Assembly: GCF_038025025.1 (NCBI RefSeq)
Contig: NW_027117339.1
Span: forward strand, 2,542,001 to 2,606,000
DNA from: Phyllosticta citribraziliensis
Taxonomy: Eukaryota
Direction: 5' to 3'
Length of the DNA stretch: 64,000 nt
Shown: in pieces, positions 49,169 through 62,173 of the stretch
Position numbering within the stretch: position 1 is the stretch's first letter
How the letters are laid out: every line of letters begins with the position of its first letter
The notes under the pieces: generated by a model
What the model was told of the DNA's origin: nothing
Databases searched by the model: none
The model's input: the letters and a program-made list of their open reading frames with translations, nothing else
Translations under genes and position numbers: made by a program

Positions 49169-52100
49169 GTTTGATTGTCGAGGATGGAGAGATAGGATAC
49201 GCACTGGAGTCTGACTTGTGCAATCTCAAAACATGTTGTGTGCGAAAGAAGAAATTCATTGTGGTTTTGTCTAACCATGGCTCAGTCAATGAGGGGGCAG
49301 GCCCCTGAGTGTGAGGAGTAAAGTGATGCAACCACGAAAAGAAAGTCACATAAATTGTACGATCTTCCACTAAGCCAATGCCGCTTGACTTGTTCTATCA
49401 ACATCCTGCTCGCGGTGATGGAGAAGGAGGACAGCTGTTTATTCTTCCATTTTATTCAGACCCTCGGGGTAGGCTAGAGTCAGACTGTGCTTGCGTGCCA
49501 GAGTGGTCTTTGTCGAGTTCAGTATCCCTCAGTCAACGCCCATGCGAACGAGAGCGCCAGATGTGACCTAGGAGATGGGAATCAAATGGTCTTGCTGCGT
49601 CAGCCTCTCCCCACAAGGCAGAATCGCGTTGTTCTCCCTCGCGCCGTCTGTGAGAGACACACTTCGGAGAATCTCCAGACGGAGCACAGCTCGCCAGATC
49701 GGGTCAGTATCGCAAAGCGCTGTAGGCAACAGGGCGACCGAGACGACTGGAGACCTGCTTAGTGCGGCCAGGCTCGAGCACAGCACCGTCGAGAAGCTTG
49801 GTCGCGAGCATTTCCGCAAACGTATCAAGGAGAAGGACTGAAGTAGCCAAGCCCCAGCGTCGCTACCGGCTCGAAAATGGACATGAGTCTAAAACTCTGG
49901 AGATGGGACAAAATAGATTCCTTGCTCTTTCCTTGGTCACTGGCGAGACATGAATGTGGACGGAGTAGCGCGACACCCGTATCGCGACCCTGGCAACTGC
50001 TCAAGTGACCCCTTCACGAAGTCTGTCTTCGCCGCTGTCACCGACTTCGCCGGAGAGACATAGCCCCAAAAATAGCAGTGTTGGAGTTTGCGTCGAATGA
50101 CAGTAGTCGACGCCCAACGCCTAGCTTCTGGCTCCGGTGGCTCCAACAGCAATTGGATAGCGCAAAGGGCGGACTTATCGCAGTGGGAAACTTTGTCGCG
50201 AGAGATTCATGCAATCGTCAACATATAGGCTTGGCCGGCGACGATGAGTAAACAGCGTTGTGCCAAGAGTAGTCTCTAAACCATCCAGCCAAGAAATGGG
50301 GATGCCAAGCAGAGTAACGGAGCGTGCCACGAGTAAAACTCATGTTTTGACCTCAGAGAGGAGACAGGAGGCTATGGCGTTGTCCATGTGATGCGTGCGG
50401 GGCGAGAGGTAAGCCTCAAAAACATGCGGTGTGCGAGCAAAACGATGAGATGGCGATGCATCAACAAAGCAGTGGGGCTGAGGGGGAAATGGCGATGTTG
50501 GTAATGCGGAGTAGGCATGAGTGCGTGAGTGAACCTTATGAAAGGACGACGACTTTGCAACCACTGCCAAGAATATCGTAACGTTAGGTTTGCGATGGCA
50601 GTCACCCAATTCACCCCCTCTCGCGTCTTGATAGCTTGAGGCTCGAAACCTTTATCAGGACATGAAACATAAATAGATCCAAAGATGCCATGGATGGCGA
50701 GGATTGGCAAGTGTCCGATTGTTGAGTAAAAGCAGCACTGGGGATCGACCAGAAGGGCATAGACAAAAACATACAAAGGTGGATCATCCTGCCAGCTCCA
50801 ACCATCATCGGCATAAGCATTAGCTGAGCCATGTCAAACTTCTGACGGTCGACAACCAAGCATTTCGGCCAACCCATGGACCCTGACCCCAGTAGCTGGC
50901 CGTCTTGGCCCGTCCCGCACCCGCATTGAATTTTAAAGCCTGTAATTGGCCCAGAACATTATTTTCTGGCTGGTGTAGGACCCTGGTGATAGACACGAAC
51001 ATGCAGTGGCCTGCTATGGCTTGCGGTTATCATCGAAAGAAGGAAATACACTTCCGTTGCGGCAACGAAAAACCAGTTCTTTTGAGAAGAGTTCCGGGAA
51101 TGGAGATTTGGAATTGAGTCGCTCGGTATTCGAGGGAGTCAAGAGGCATGTCCCGGTTATGCCTCCACCCTCTTTGCTCAGCATGGAAAGTCGTTTGCCC
51201 CACGCCGCATCGTGGCCATGCCGTCGATCAAACAGAGGCATGGTTGTCTCCCGGACTCCAGCATGCCAGCTCGAACCCCTCCTTGGCTTGCAGTCCCGTC
51301 TGTATCTGCAATGTAACTTGATGCTACAACTGGTGCCTTTGTCAGCTGAGCGCTTTGCATGATTCACCAAAACAGGCTTGCTTTTTTCTTTCCATATTTC
51401 ACATCCTCGTCCTTGCCAAGATGTTGGAGTCCGCAATCATCGATCGTCCACAGTTGGCGTCGAAAGAAGTGAGACCCCCTGGGTCTAGCAGCAGCAACAA
51501 GCCACAGCTCCCTGCGCGCATCTGCGACGGCAGACGACTGCTCCCTGGGCATTACTGTGATGGTGGACGACTGCTTCCTATGCGCAACAGTGGTAGCAAA
51601 CGATGTCTGATTGCTTTCCCGCACCGTGGAAGACGCGTTTGTACCTCTTTACCCCACCATGGCCTCTTTGTTTCCCAGGCCGTGCGTCTGAACAGATACC
51701 GAATGTCACGCCCAAGTCCTGGACTGCAGACCCGTTTCGGGGCGAGCTTTGCCTGCCTCTCCTTGCTTCTGACCAGCGCAGAGCTCGTTTCCCCCACGTG
51801 AGGTGCAACCTTAATCCTGTCTCGTGTCCGCAGGCCTGGAACTTTGGCTGCAAAGTCTTTTGTCAGACGGCTTTGTAACTTCAACTCCATTCGTCAATCT
51901 CATTCCGCAGGCCAATATCATCATATGCCAAGGTTTCGAGGCAACAGAGCTCAGTGTCCAGACTGAGCCACCAATGACACGCACTTCATCATGGCTGGCG
52001 TTAGACTCGGAAGTGCATCCAGGTTTACAGTGGGGCGGCAGCCGCGGTCCGGGGCGGAGTAATGTTCGACTTTATTCACACAATTGCTGTGTATCTTGAC

Positions 52101-52767
52101 AGCTGGCGAAAAATAGTGGACGAAGAGTGTGGGGAACGTGGGAGGTCACTGATGCACCGAGGCACGGGGTTCTTGGTCGCTTCTCGTCCGTGCAGTCACT
52201 AACAACGCAGCCCGGTCGCGCGGGATGTGGAGGGTGCCAAGGAACGTGATTTGTTTCGGGGGAACGCCCGGTCAAGGGTAGATTTGGTTTGCTCGAAAGC
52301 AGCGACGAGCTACATTGACACTATGGCCTTGCCATCAACTCTGGGAGCGTTCGTTGGTGGCAAGGTGTCCTAGGTCGTCCCAAAAGCAGTTGGTCGCAGC
52401 GCGCGATCCCACACATGACAAGACTCAATTGAATCCATGTTCCCGGCAAGTTGGGGACGCGTGACAACTCACTCCAGACACCGTGTACCAGCATGACGAT
52501 CGTGTTGTGGCTCAACCATGATGACGCCATTGGTCTTGCTGCTCTTCGGCATCTCGGTTCGACAACATCCAGAGTCTTCGACGTTGTCCGGAAAACAATG
52601 AAGTTCCGAAAAAGCTTCGTGGGGATGGAAGCTGATGGGCGGATTCAGCGGGACGAATTCAAAGGAGGAAAAAGGCTGTTGCCGCAGCACGCGAGACGGA
52701 AGTCGATGGAAGTTAACTTCCAATCTTGAGCCAATTGAGAAATCAAATCCGGGGTCGCGGCCATCGA

Positions 52768-54216
52768 CTAGGTAGTATCGTCGACGAGGTTCTTCAGCGA
52801 TAGCAGCATCGAACTGAGCCTTTCGAAAGCCAGCTTCCGCTTGTCTAGCTCTTCCACAATCTTCTTAGCACCCTCGATGTTCGCTGCCCCTGCGTCTATG
52901 CTCTGCATCACCTCCTCTTCTGATTTCATGGCAGCTTCCCTTGAAGCGTCAGCCCAAGCAAGTGCTGTTTCTGCGTCTTGAGGGACCAAGTGGCTCTCGC
53001 TTGCGAGCTTCTGGATTATACGCTGAGCTTCTTCTCGCTTCTGTGAAAGCAGGCCGCGGACGTAGGATGTCTGCTGAAGGAGGGCTCGTTCATCTCGGGC
53101 GGCGCGGAGCAGCGTATGCACATAAGGAAGGACGTCTGACGGTGGAACCTGGTTTTCCTTTGCTTCAGCAGGGCGAGTTGAAATAGGCAGATTTGTTGTC
53201 GAAGGGATTGAGGACGGCAGAACGATTTCCTTTGAGGAGGTCGTGACAGCCTCGACACCGCTGACCAGAGCACTGCGGGCCGCAATGTATCGCTCGTATA
53301 ACACCTGAACTTGGTCCTGGGGTGGAATGGATTCGCTGCCTCTCTTCCCTCTACCGTCCAGAGACTCGTGCCGGATATGCTTTGTTGGAGTTCGATGATC
53401 GACACTAAACTGGCTTTGCTCTTCGAGCTGCGCCAGTTTTGCCAATTCGCCTTCAATCCAGGTAATCAACTCGTCCCGGGCGGCACGCAGTGCGAGCACT
53501 TGAATTTCGACCTCCGGACTCGGCACATCTGCCAGTCTTCGTCTCGCGTCAGCCTGGAGAGCAACTTCTGCATCGAGGCTCTTTTTGGCCGCCAAAACTT
53601 CCTTTTTGAGCGGCATAATTTTATCCTGGACCCCATTGCCCGAGTCTGAGGGTCCTTCAGGCTCACCACCAATTTCAGGCGGAGGGATTGGCGCTTCTCC
53701 CAGCTTCTCGTCAAGCCACGCGAACAGATCGCGGCGAAGAGGGTTTGGTTCTGTGTCGTCCATGGCGTCAAGGGAATTGAGAAGCATTTGTAACTCCTTT
53801 TGCCTTCGACGTTGTTCGATCAGGATGGCGTACGCCTGTGCCCCAGAGTGTCTCTCTTCGGATGAATTGCCCTCAGCATGGTGAAGTTGGGCTTTGGTTA
53901 TGATTTGCAGCGTCCGAAGCTCTTGCAGTTCACTTTGGAGACCATCGCAGCGCTTTTGGGCCTTTTGGTTAGTTTGGACAGCTTCAAAATATGCCTTGCG
54001 TAGACCTGTGTACTCTGGCGGGAGGTGGTCGTCAACAGACTGCAGTGGTTGAAATGGGGCGCTGAGCGGGTTCAACAGCTGATCGGTGGCCGGAAAGTGC
54101 GCCTGGAACTGCTCTGCGAGAACTTTCCGAATACGAAGCGTTTCATGACGAGGACGTATGTAGGGATTGAGAGCTTCTTGGACTTGGGGCAGAGGGCAGC
54201 GCAGTTCTTGTGGCAT
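52768..54216 (-). CDS. Uncharacterised coiled-coil protein (482 aa)
   Basis: Long intronless ATG ORF with protein-like, E/L/Q/A-rich heptad composition (ALNPYIRPRHETLRIR; LRAARDELITWIEGELAK). Family not recognised. Confidence 0.8.
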   Translation of the reverse strand: MPQELRCPLPQVQEALNPYIRPRHETLRIRKVLAEQFQAHFPATDQLLNPLSAPFQPLQSVDDHLPPEYTGLRKAYFEAVQTNQKAQKRCDGLQSELQELRTLQIITKAQLHHAEGNSSEERHSGAQAYAILIEQRRRQKELQMLLNSLDAMDDTEPNPLRRDLFAWLDEKLGEAPIPPPEIGGEPEGPSDSGNGVQDKIMPLKKEVLAAKKSLDAEVALQADARRRLADVPSPEVEIQVLALRAARDELITWIEGELAKLAQLEEQSQFSVDHRTPTKHIRHESLDGRGKRGSESIPPQDQVQVLYERYIAARSALVSGVEAVTTSSKEIVLPSSIPSTTNLPISTRPAEAKENQVPPSDVLPYVHTLLRAARDERALLQQTSYVRGLLSQKREEAQRIIQKLASESHLVPQDAETALAWADASREAAMKSEEEVMQSIDAGAANIEGAKKIVEELDKRKLAFERLSSMLLSLKNLVDDTT

Positions 54217-55089
54217 GGCTGGTCAATGTTGATGATGGGGTCTTGGGACGCAGGTACGCGAGGCTGTCTGACGGGATCCAATCGGCGCAGGTCGGTGTTT
54301 TCTTCTCCCGACCGCCGGCGCACCCCGGGGCCTGTGTACAGCTGTGCTCCGACCTATACCCTCCGACACAAACACTCCAGGCTTGGAAATTCAAAGCCAA
54401 TAAGCCTGAGTTATGCGGACGAAAGCCGGGTCCACGAGCGTGAGATTGATCTTGCCATTGAATTTGGCGCTACTGGCGGCGCCCAAGAGAATGTCATGGC
54501 CCTTCTGACAATGCCTGTGCCAGCCATGACGTCCGCCAATGCCAAGTGCATGGTCTACGCAGTATTTACATTGCTCGTCCTGCCGCGTGTCGGACGAAGT
54601 TATCCGCCATCTCATCTAGCCAATAGAGACTAGACACAACCGCCGGAAATGACGATCAAGCGCGATATTGGCATGTGAAGGTTGCGTTTCCAGTGCTCTT
54701 GCAGCCGGTTGATTCCCGTACCCAGCACCACCTTACGTGTTGGATCCCTACCCGTACCTTGCAAGATCCGGTACAGCTTGGGAGATCAGATCTTATTTGA
54801 ACGAACCAGGCGTGCCGTGATATGCCTGATCTTGGTCCTTGAGCGGGACTTCGAGTCTTGGCCATCGCCGCTGCTGTAGTTTCAACTGACTTTGATGCCC
54901 TGTTTGGGGTGTTTTGCAACAATGGTCGGCTATTGCGGTAATGGTTGACTTGAGAGATTTTCCGCTGTCTCAGGAAAGTCGTCTCTTGCGACCAATTCCG
55001 GGGCTAGATGCGGAGACAAGGTCTTGCGAAAATCTCCCAGTAAACAGATGCTTGGCTAGACTTCTCGCATTGTTCTCTCGCTTTGAAGA

Positions 55090-55489
55090 CTATGCGCGCA
55101 ACAATCCGTAAAACAGTGTCCAGGTAAGCACGAAGCTGCTGAGTGATCCAAACATTTCACCCATCCAGAGATCGCCCAGTGGTTTGTAAAAGTACTCGTT
55201 CGGTTGTGCTTTAGCTTTGAGGACAAGTATCAGGAATGAAACGAGGAGGGAGCCGAAAAAGTAGAACAAGAAACCCGGATAGGATTCGAGACCGACGGTC
55301 CCAGCCGCGACGCCGAAGAGGGAGGCAGTGAGATTTCGGATATTGGAGAGCACCTGAGCAAGAGCGAAATGTTAGCAGGGGGTGCAATCAACAGATTCGG
55401 GGACGGCAGTCCTTCTGACGTACACGGGCGTTGTGTTGAACGCTTTCCTGCACAATGGGAGCAGTCGTAAGCTCCCGCTCGGCATTCAT
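55090..55489 (-). CDS. EMC6: ER membrane protein complex subunit 6
   Basis: MNAERELTTAPIVQESVQHNAR|VLSNIRNLTASLFGVAAGTVGLESYPGFLFY...LSSFVLTWTLFYGL. Intron 55354-55423. Confidence 0.9.
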
Positions 55490-56062
55490 GACTGGTAAAC
55501 GTCCGCTAGGGCAGCTATTGCGTTTGGAGATGGCGAAGGACTTCCGATTCGCGCAAAGATGGGTGGTGGAGTAGATGCAGCCCAAGTTGAGCAGGGCTTG
55601 GATGCGGATGCTGACAAGAACCGGAGGGGGGTGGGTGCGTGATGACCGAGCGACGTTCGCAAAGATGAAGGAGTTTGTGATAGAGTTGAGGTTGATGCAG
55701 TGGACTACTGCATCTTCAAACGATGATCAGTGGTGGTTGGTGGGAGTCGGGGTGGAGCTTGGCGCGGGCTGCGTTGTGGGTGGGGCGGTGCCGTGGCATC
55801 GACCTTCGACCGCGACCGACCCGACGACGGCAAGCATCGGTATCCCGGCTCGCGCGCCTCACCCACATAGTCACATCACCAAAATCATTACTTTCACGCG
55901 GCAGGGCGCTTGCTCGCGTTGCACCTGCTTTGATGCAAGCGGCAGATGCGACAAGGGAAATTTTGAAAGTACATTCCATTTCAGACGCCGACAGCCAATG
56001 CCATCACGAATCCAGCAATTTTGCCCTTCCAAAAACCGCCAACGTCAACGGTCCTTTGCTCC

Positions 56063-56917
56063 TTATTCCACCAATGGTCCATACTCATCAAGATATCTGA
56101 TGCCGATTAGCCGTCAAACATGTTGGCGTACGTGATTGACTCACTGTTGAAGGTGTTCTGGTAACCTGTGGCCGGGCAGGTTTGTTGCCGTCCTCAGATA
56201 TAATACGGCCTGGACGAAATACTGTCGATTGTAACGGCTGTACGTCACGTTCCCCAGACTCATGTATGCTTCCGCGGCCTGCAACGTTGCCGTCAGTCCA
56301 ATGAACCAGGTCTACGAGCGAAGCTAGCACCAGCCTTTTCCAGCAACTCTCCCGTCAAAGAGCCTTCCGCGTGGGCTGCTTGCACGGCACGCGAAAAGTA
56401 GTCAATCGCGGGCGTCAGCAATCCCCGGGCCTCGACATAGTTTGCTCCGTGCAGGCGGGCATCTCCGGTGGTCGCTGCACCCAAACTGCTTCCAGACGAA
56501 GAACTGCTCTCCTCGGCATGGATTCTTCCCAAAGATGGCTGCGCTCGATACAGCCAGTAAGATCCCAGCCCTACCAGACAATCAGCAAATCGTCCTTGTT
56601 GTGGTAGATGATGCTTGCGTGCCTCTCAGCACTGCCGCGCTGTTTGGACGTTGGGCGAGCATGGCCAGCCACTGGCCATGACACCAGCGGGTAGTATATG
56701 TGTCTCCACCACGATCCACATCCACAAAACCAAGCTCTTGAAGAACAGACACGACATGTGCCCAATCATTGAAAGCCATGGGAGAGCCTGCGTCGATGGC
56801 TTGCATGAGAACTCTGGCCGCAGGCAAATATGATGACCAATTTTGGGGTGTTGAGCGGAGCATTGTCTCGATTTGGGATACCATGGCTCGGTGTGTATTG
56901 ATTTGCTGCTCATTCAT
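56063..56917 (-). CDS. Uncharacterised helical (TPR-like) fungal protein
   Basis: Four exons give a coherent protein ...AVLR|GLGSYWLYRAQP...YVEARGLLTPAIDYFSRAV...ELLEK|AAEAYMSLGNV...LPEHLQ|QYLDEYGPLVE*. Introns 56571-56622 (GC-AG), 56279-56334 (GC-AG), 56097-56144 (GT-AG). The start is uncertain. Confidence 0.72.
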
Positions 56918-58210
56918 CCTTCTGGGGCTCGATGGGTGCTTGCCCAATAAGCAACATGAGTGGTTCAGAAGTGCGTGTGGAACCATGACAAGGACGAATG
57001 GGATTAAGAAGGGTAACAAAAAAACGCCAGGCCGTGTACGGTGGTCTACTAGAGGCGGCAAACAGGCCAGGCAGCACAGCCTGGGGGCGACGACAACGTC
57101 TGCGGAGTGGACGATACCGAGTGTCCGAGGAATTTTGTACGGATGACAGACGCACGGCTCAGTCGAAACCGAAGGCCGAGACAGTTGTTTCCTCTTGCTT
57201 TCCGACTGGGGGCAAGTGCACAAAGCACGGGTTTTGGCAAGAAGATGGAGAGACAGACGGTTCTCCAGGGTTTTTCTCTATTGAACCGAATGGTACATGT
57301 AGTCGCAAGGATGCGAGCAGTGGAGAAGCCAAACCCCTGGAGGGGCAATGCTCAGGAAGGTGGCGGGTCCGTCAAAGCCGCGCGTGAAGCACACAGGGAT
57401 GCTGAGGCCGAACATGGTGATTAGGGCCGAGGACACGAGAGACGATGAAGCAGCACAGTTCCTGCTTGATTTGGCACAGCTAAAGCCGTCACGCTCGGCG
57501 CCAGCTTGGCAGGGCAAAGCAGCGTGCTGAGATGCTCGGCGAAGCACGCCAAGGCATGGCTCTTGGAGGGAGTAGGTAGGTATTCGACGGTGGCGCTGGC
57601 CGAGGTCAGTCTCGTCTGGGCTGGTGTCAATCGTTTTCCGTCGACAGTGGTGGATGGCGATGGATGACGTTGGTGCCGAAGCAGCCGTCGAGTGTCTCTG
57701 CTCGCGAACCCAACGGACCGCAGAGATCCGCGAGGGACATGGAGAGACCTGATGACCTGGAAAGTCTCCGACGGCTAAGGCGCCGACATGACTGCCTGAC
57801 GTGGGCGTCGTCTTGCCCGGGCCGTCGGGGAATACACAGCAATCCGTCTGGAGACGATACGATCCGGTGTTGTTGATGGGGGGAAGACGAAGGTGAAGCG
57901 TGCGAGCGCGCGGAAGCTGGGGGGTGGGAGCGGCACAAGGATCGCCTCGGTAGCCTCCATGGCATCCCCTGGCTGCAGTGCTCATCCTCCAGTCAACCCC
58001 CAGGTTCATCATTCGACTGACACTGCGCGCGCGCGTCTGGCATCCGTGGTCCTCAGTCCGCACCGTAGCCGCGCCCAACCTCAGGTCAGCTGCCCGCCTG
58101 CCTTAGCATCCTCACGACTCCTCTTCCGCCGAATTCCACTGGCACCGTCGACCTCGAGCTCCTTTCGCCGCCCCGCCCCGCCCTGCGCGCAGCATGATAG
58201 CCTGTTGTTC

Positions 58211-60348
58211 ATGGACAACATTATCTACCACGACTCGCCCCTAGCGGCATACCTCCAAGGCCCGTTCCCCTGTCCCTACCTTATTCCACCACCATTCTAA
58301 CCCCTTCCACAGCTGAGGGAACAGGCGAGCGCGAACCGGGCTGGATCGCTTCCGTCGAGGATAGCGACACGGGCGAGAAGAAGGACATTTCGGGAGATGA
58401 GGCTCCTGAGGCACCCTCCTTTGCGCCCCGAGGTCCGTCCACTCTGCACTCCAAGCTCCGCGGAAAGCTCCCGCAACCTCTCAAGCTTCCTCAAGGCGGC
58501 TCATTCAACCGTCTCCAAAGCGCCTGCTCCGTACGTCTCCGTCCTTGCCATCCTCGTCTTCGCAAGCAATCGCATCCTGACCTTGGCGCAGCGAGTAATC
58601 AATTCTAGACTGGGCCGGGCTGATAACGCACGCTTTCTCGAACATTTTCGTTACATCATCGTCGCCTCCCAGCTGCTCTCCGAGAGTTCTGGCCAGGGCA
58701 CCTTCAAGATCCCCGCCGCTCCTGGCGCTGGTGGCCAACAACATGCCGGGGATTACAAGATCGAATCGGTGAACGTCACGGGCGCGACGGCCACCGGGGT
58801 GGGAGCCTTTGTGACTGTGTGTCTGATACAGTGGGCTCGCAATCAAGAAGAGGGAGGCTTTAGCAAGGGTAGACTGCTCGTCGCTGTTTTCGCGACTGCC
58901 GTCGGACTGTCATTCGCGTATGCGCATGCAACGCGAAAATGGCTGCAGCACCTCAGGCACCGCGCCATCAACACTGCGTCGGTGCTGGTCGCCAATCTGC
59001 AGACATTTGACACAGCCAGTTCCTCGTCCCTCATGCTCATCCAAGAAGTCGAGCTGGTTTCTCGGGGCTATAGATTGTATGACGGCCCCATGCCCGAGCG
59101 CCAACGCATATGCTGACATGAGCACAGGAGCACCCCCCTACCACCAATTACCAGATTGGATGAAAAGGGTCAGAGCCGACGTTGCGTTAGGTTACGAAGG
59201 AACCTGAAGAATGCCTTTGCAGCTGCCATACCCGCGCTTTTGGAAGAATGCGCCACACTGCGCTCGCTCGTCGAGCCAGATGATCTCGAAAGATATCTTG
59301 ACGTTTACGACATCACCTCACAGGACATGCAGGAAGCTTTTCTCGGATACTCAGAAGGTGAATTTGAAGACGGGGAAACATTGAAAGCACTACGCATCCT
59401 CCAATATCGGTTGATCTCCCTTCGGAGAATATTGCTCTGCTCGCTCCTTGCTCTCGAGGCAGAGGGTGACAAATCGGATTTTTACCGGTGGCGAACTGCC
59501 ACGGAGTCGATGAAACATATCGCTGAAATGACCGGCGCGTGGTGCGAGAGATTCAATAAGATTTTGAGCGAAGAGGAGCGTAAGTAAAAATTCTGGAAAG
59601 CCAATCCGGCTTGAGCTGACAAATGACAGAATTTACCATGCCTTCGCCCCAGCCCAAACGTGCTTCAAATCTATCCCCAGACAAGGAGCGTCTTCGAACT
59701 CAGGTGCGAAAGCTTAGCGCTCTCTCGTCTGGGATTCGCGGTCTGCAGGCCAAGATGCAGATCCTGCGTGAAGAGTCGAACAAATCTTTGGAGGAATCCT
59801 CAGAGGTAAATGAGCTGGGCACGCATCTCATGGCGCAGTATGATTCGATTGGGGCAGATCTCAAGTCCCTAATGCAAGCTTGGGAGGCGGGAAAAGCAGC
59901 CCTGGCGCTCAACATTGATCGTGCGGAGCGTCGCATCTCTCAAGCATCCTCCAACGGCGGACTCCGTTCTCCAGTGCCGAGTCTTGGTGGTCTCACTGCC
60001 GTTGACGAGGATGGCACCCCGAGTGACGCTTTGCGCGCACTCAACGGCGAGCCATGTTTGCAAGGCCACAAGCACTCGAGCAGTTCGGGTATATCCGCCA
60101 GCGAGTCTGACGAGGAGATCTTTGAAGCAATTGCCATGCCCAGGCAGAGGACGACTATGAGTCGCGAGGAGCGCATGATCAAGATGCAAGAAGACCGCGT
60201 CCGGCAAACCACCCTCAAAGAACAGCGCGAGTCGAACTCAAACATGCTCAAAGAGCTAGAGAGCGTCATTAGTCTGCGGCCAGGGCCTGGGCCAGGGCCA
60301 AGAAGACAACGGCCAGTGACTTTTGGTGGGCGCATAGGGTCTCTTTGA
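58211..60348 (+). CDS. vezA: Vezatin-like (myosin-binding domain) membrane protein
   Basis: MDNIIYHDSPLAAYLQ, FLEHFRYIIVASQLL, two TM segments, LIQEVELVSRGYRL|STPLPPITRLD, LSSGIRGLQAKM, and C-terminal MLKELESVI. Introns 58260-58312 (GC-AG), 58531-58591, 59077-59128, 59580-59629. Confidence 0.82.
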
Positions 60349-62173
60349 TTGATACTTTTCCGTTTTTCTGAGCATCAGTGGATTGTTTCAGCGCTGGCGT
60401 TTATGACAAGGTGCATACGGCGCACAAGAGAAGTAATGATGGGGCTGCGGTAAAAGGAGCCCTGGAAGCGTTCTTGTACATGGTCGAATTTTATTGGGCG
60501 GCACTTTCAAGGCCGCGGTTTTCCTGTATTTTCCGTTTTAAACCTTGTCATCTTTGGAGCTTTCCCTTGCATATTTCCAGGCGTCTGGGTTGGTCTTGAA
60601 TTAGGTTTCATTCTTCGCCTACCTGCATCGTGCGATATCCTGGGTATGTATGTTTTAAACCATGGAGCGGAGTTTTGCAAGGTGTATCCCTTGTCACCGG
60701 AGACTGGATTCTTGTTCTCAGAGTTGCATCGAGCGCTGGGCCGCGAAAGACTGCCGGTTTTGTTTGTGTCGCAGAGACAGCAATCGGAGGAGAAGGAGGA
60801 TGATGATGAGAGGGTAGGTCCATGGTGTTGGCTTGGGAAGTCGTATCCGCATTGCGTATTCGGCACGAGCTTCGCAAGAGGCCGAAGCGTAAGCATGTAT
60901 AATACGCTCCTCGATGCCATTTCAAACCATGACAGGAACAAAGCGACGACGTCGACTGCAGCTGCCTGGGGGTTCTACGCAGTGGGGTCCAGCACGTCAG
61001 CCGGACAATGAGGTGCTTGATGGACACACTGCAGCGCAGCCATCAGGGTGTTTCGTTGCGAGCGGTCCACACCTCGACACCTAAGCATAAATAAAGCTGT
61101 CCTGCACAGTAACTTAACATTCGTCTGCCATGGCAAAGCAGTTCACGTTCTGCCTCCAGACTTCGAGTACGCTTTCCACGACCAACGCGGGTGCCCCCCG
61201 CTCCCCCCTTTTACGACCCCTGAGCGTGATGATGGCGAGGCAACGTCACCGCCGCCATCTCAAAATCTGCAGCCACCAACGCTGATTCCTCAGGCACCAT
61301 CAACAAGCGCAACGGTGTCTTCAATGGCAAAGGCGGATGGTATGACGAAATGGAAAGGGCCAGATGATTGATGGATCGGAGGTAATGGAATTTCCAGCTT
61401 AAACCCGGATTTGGCCACTGACGTCGCACGGCCAGCCAACTTACAGCACCTGCCTTACCTTGCGCTTCTTATCGCCGACATTGCAGAAAGACGTGAAGCC
61501 AATCGGTCGGTCTGTCTTGGTGACTGGACTCGACTCGAGCAGGCAACGTCGAATGCTCCTCCGGCGGGGGCTTGAACCAGAACCTGAAGGAAGGGCCCGG
61601 GATTTCTGCGGGCGACCGAGTGAGCCGAGCGATCCGACCGGACGACGGACCTCCACCGATTACTACACACAAACAAACCTCGACCAAAGAGACGCCCCGG
61701 TCTCCACCTCCCTTGCCCGGCCTTCTGACGGCCTCGAGAGCTGCCTTCTCGGCGCATTGACGGAAACGCCGTCTTCTCTGGTACCTTGCCTTAGTCGCCT
61801 CGGATCGGCTCCGATAGCTACGATTCTGGCAGTTGCTCGTCTGTCCCTATCGCCGCAGTGAAGAAACAGCAAACAATCATGACGCAACAAGACTGGACAG
61901 CTGCTGCCCGTCCTGAGGTGCGGACGGCAGTGCTTGGACCCTTCTACGACCTTAGCGCCGCCTTTAGGAGATAATGGCGGAGAATGGCAAGGAAGCTTCC
62001 TGGTCAAAGCCGTCAGAGCGGGATCTATATCTTGGGAGCCAGGGTAGCTTTCCTCAGCGCATAAGGACTCCCCACACTAAGTCTCTTTTAAAACCCGGCT
62101 CTCTGTCAACCTCAACACCTTTCACTCTTCCTCTCAACCTTCTCCAAATCCACACTTCTTCAAATCATCCATC

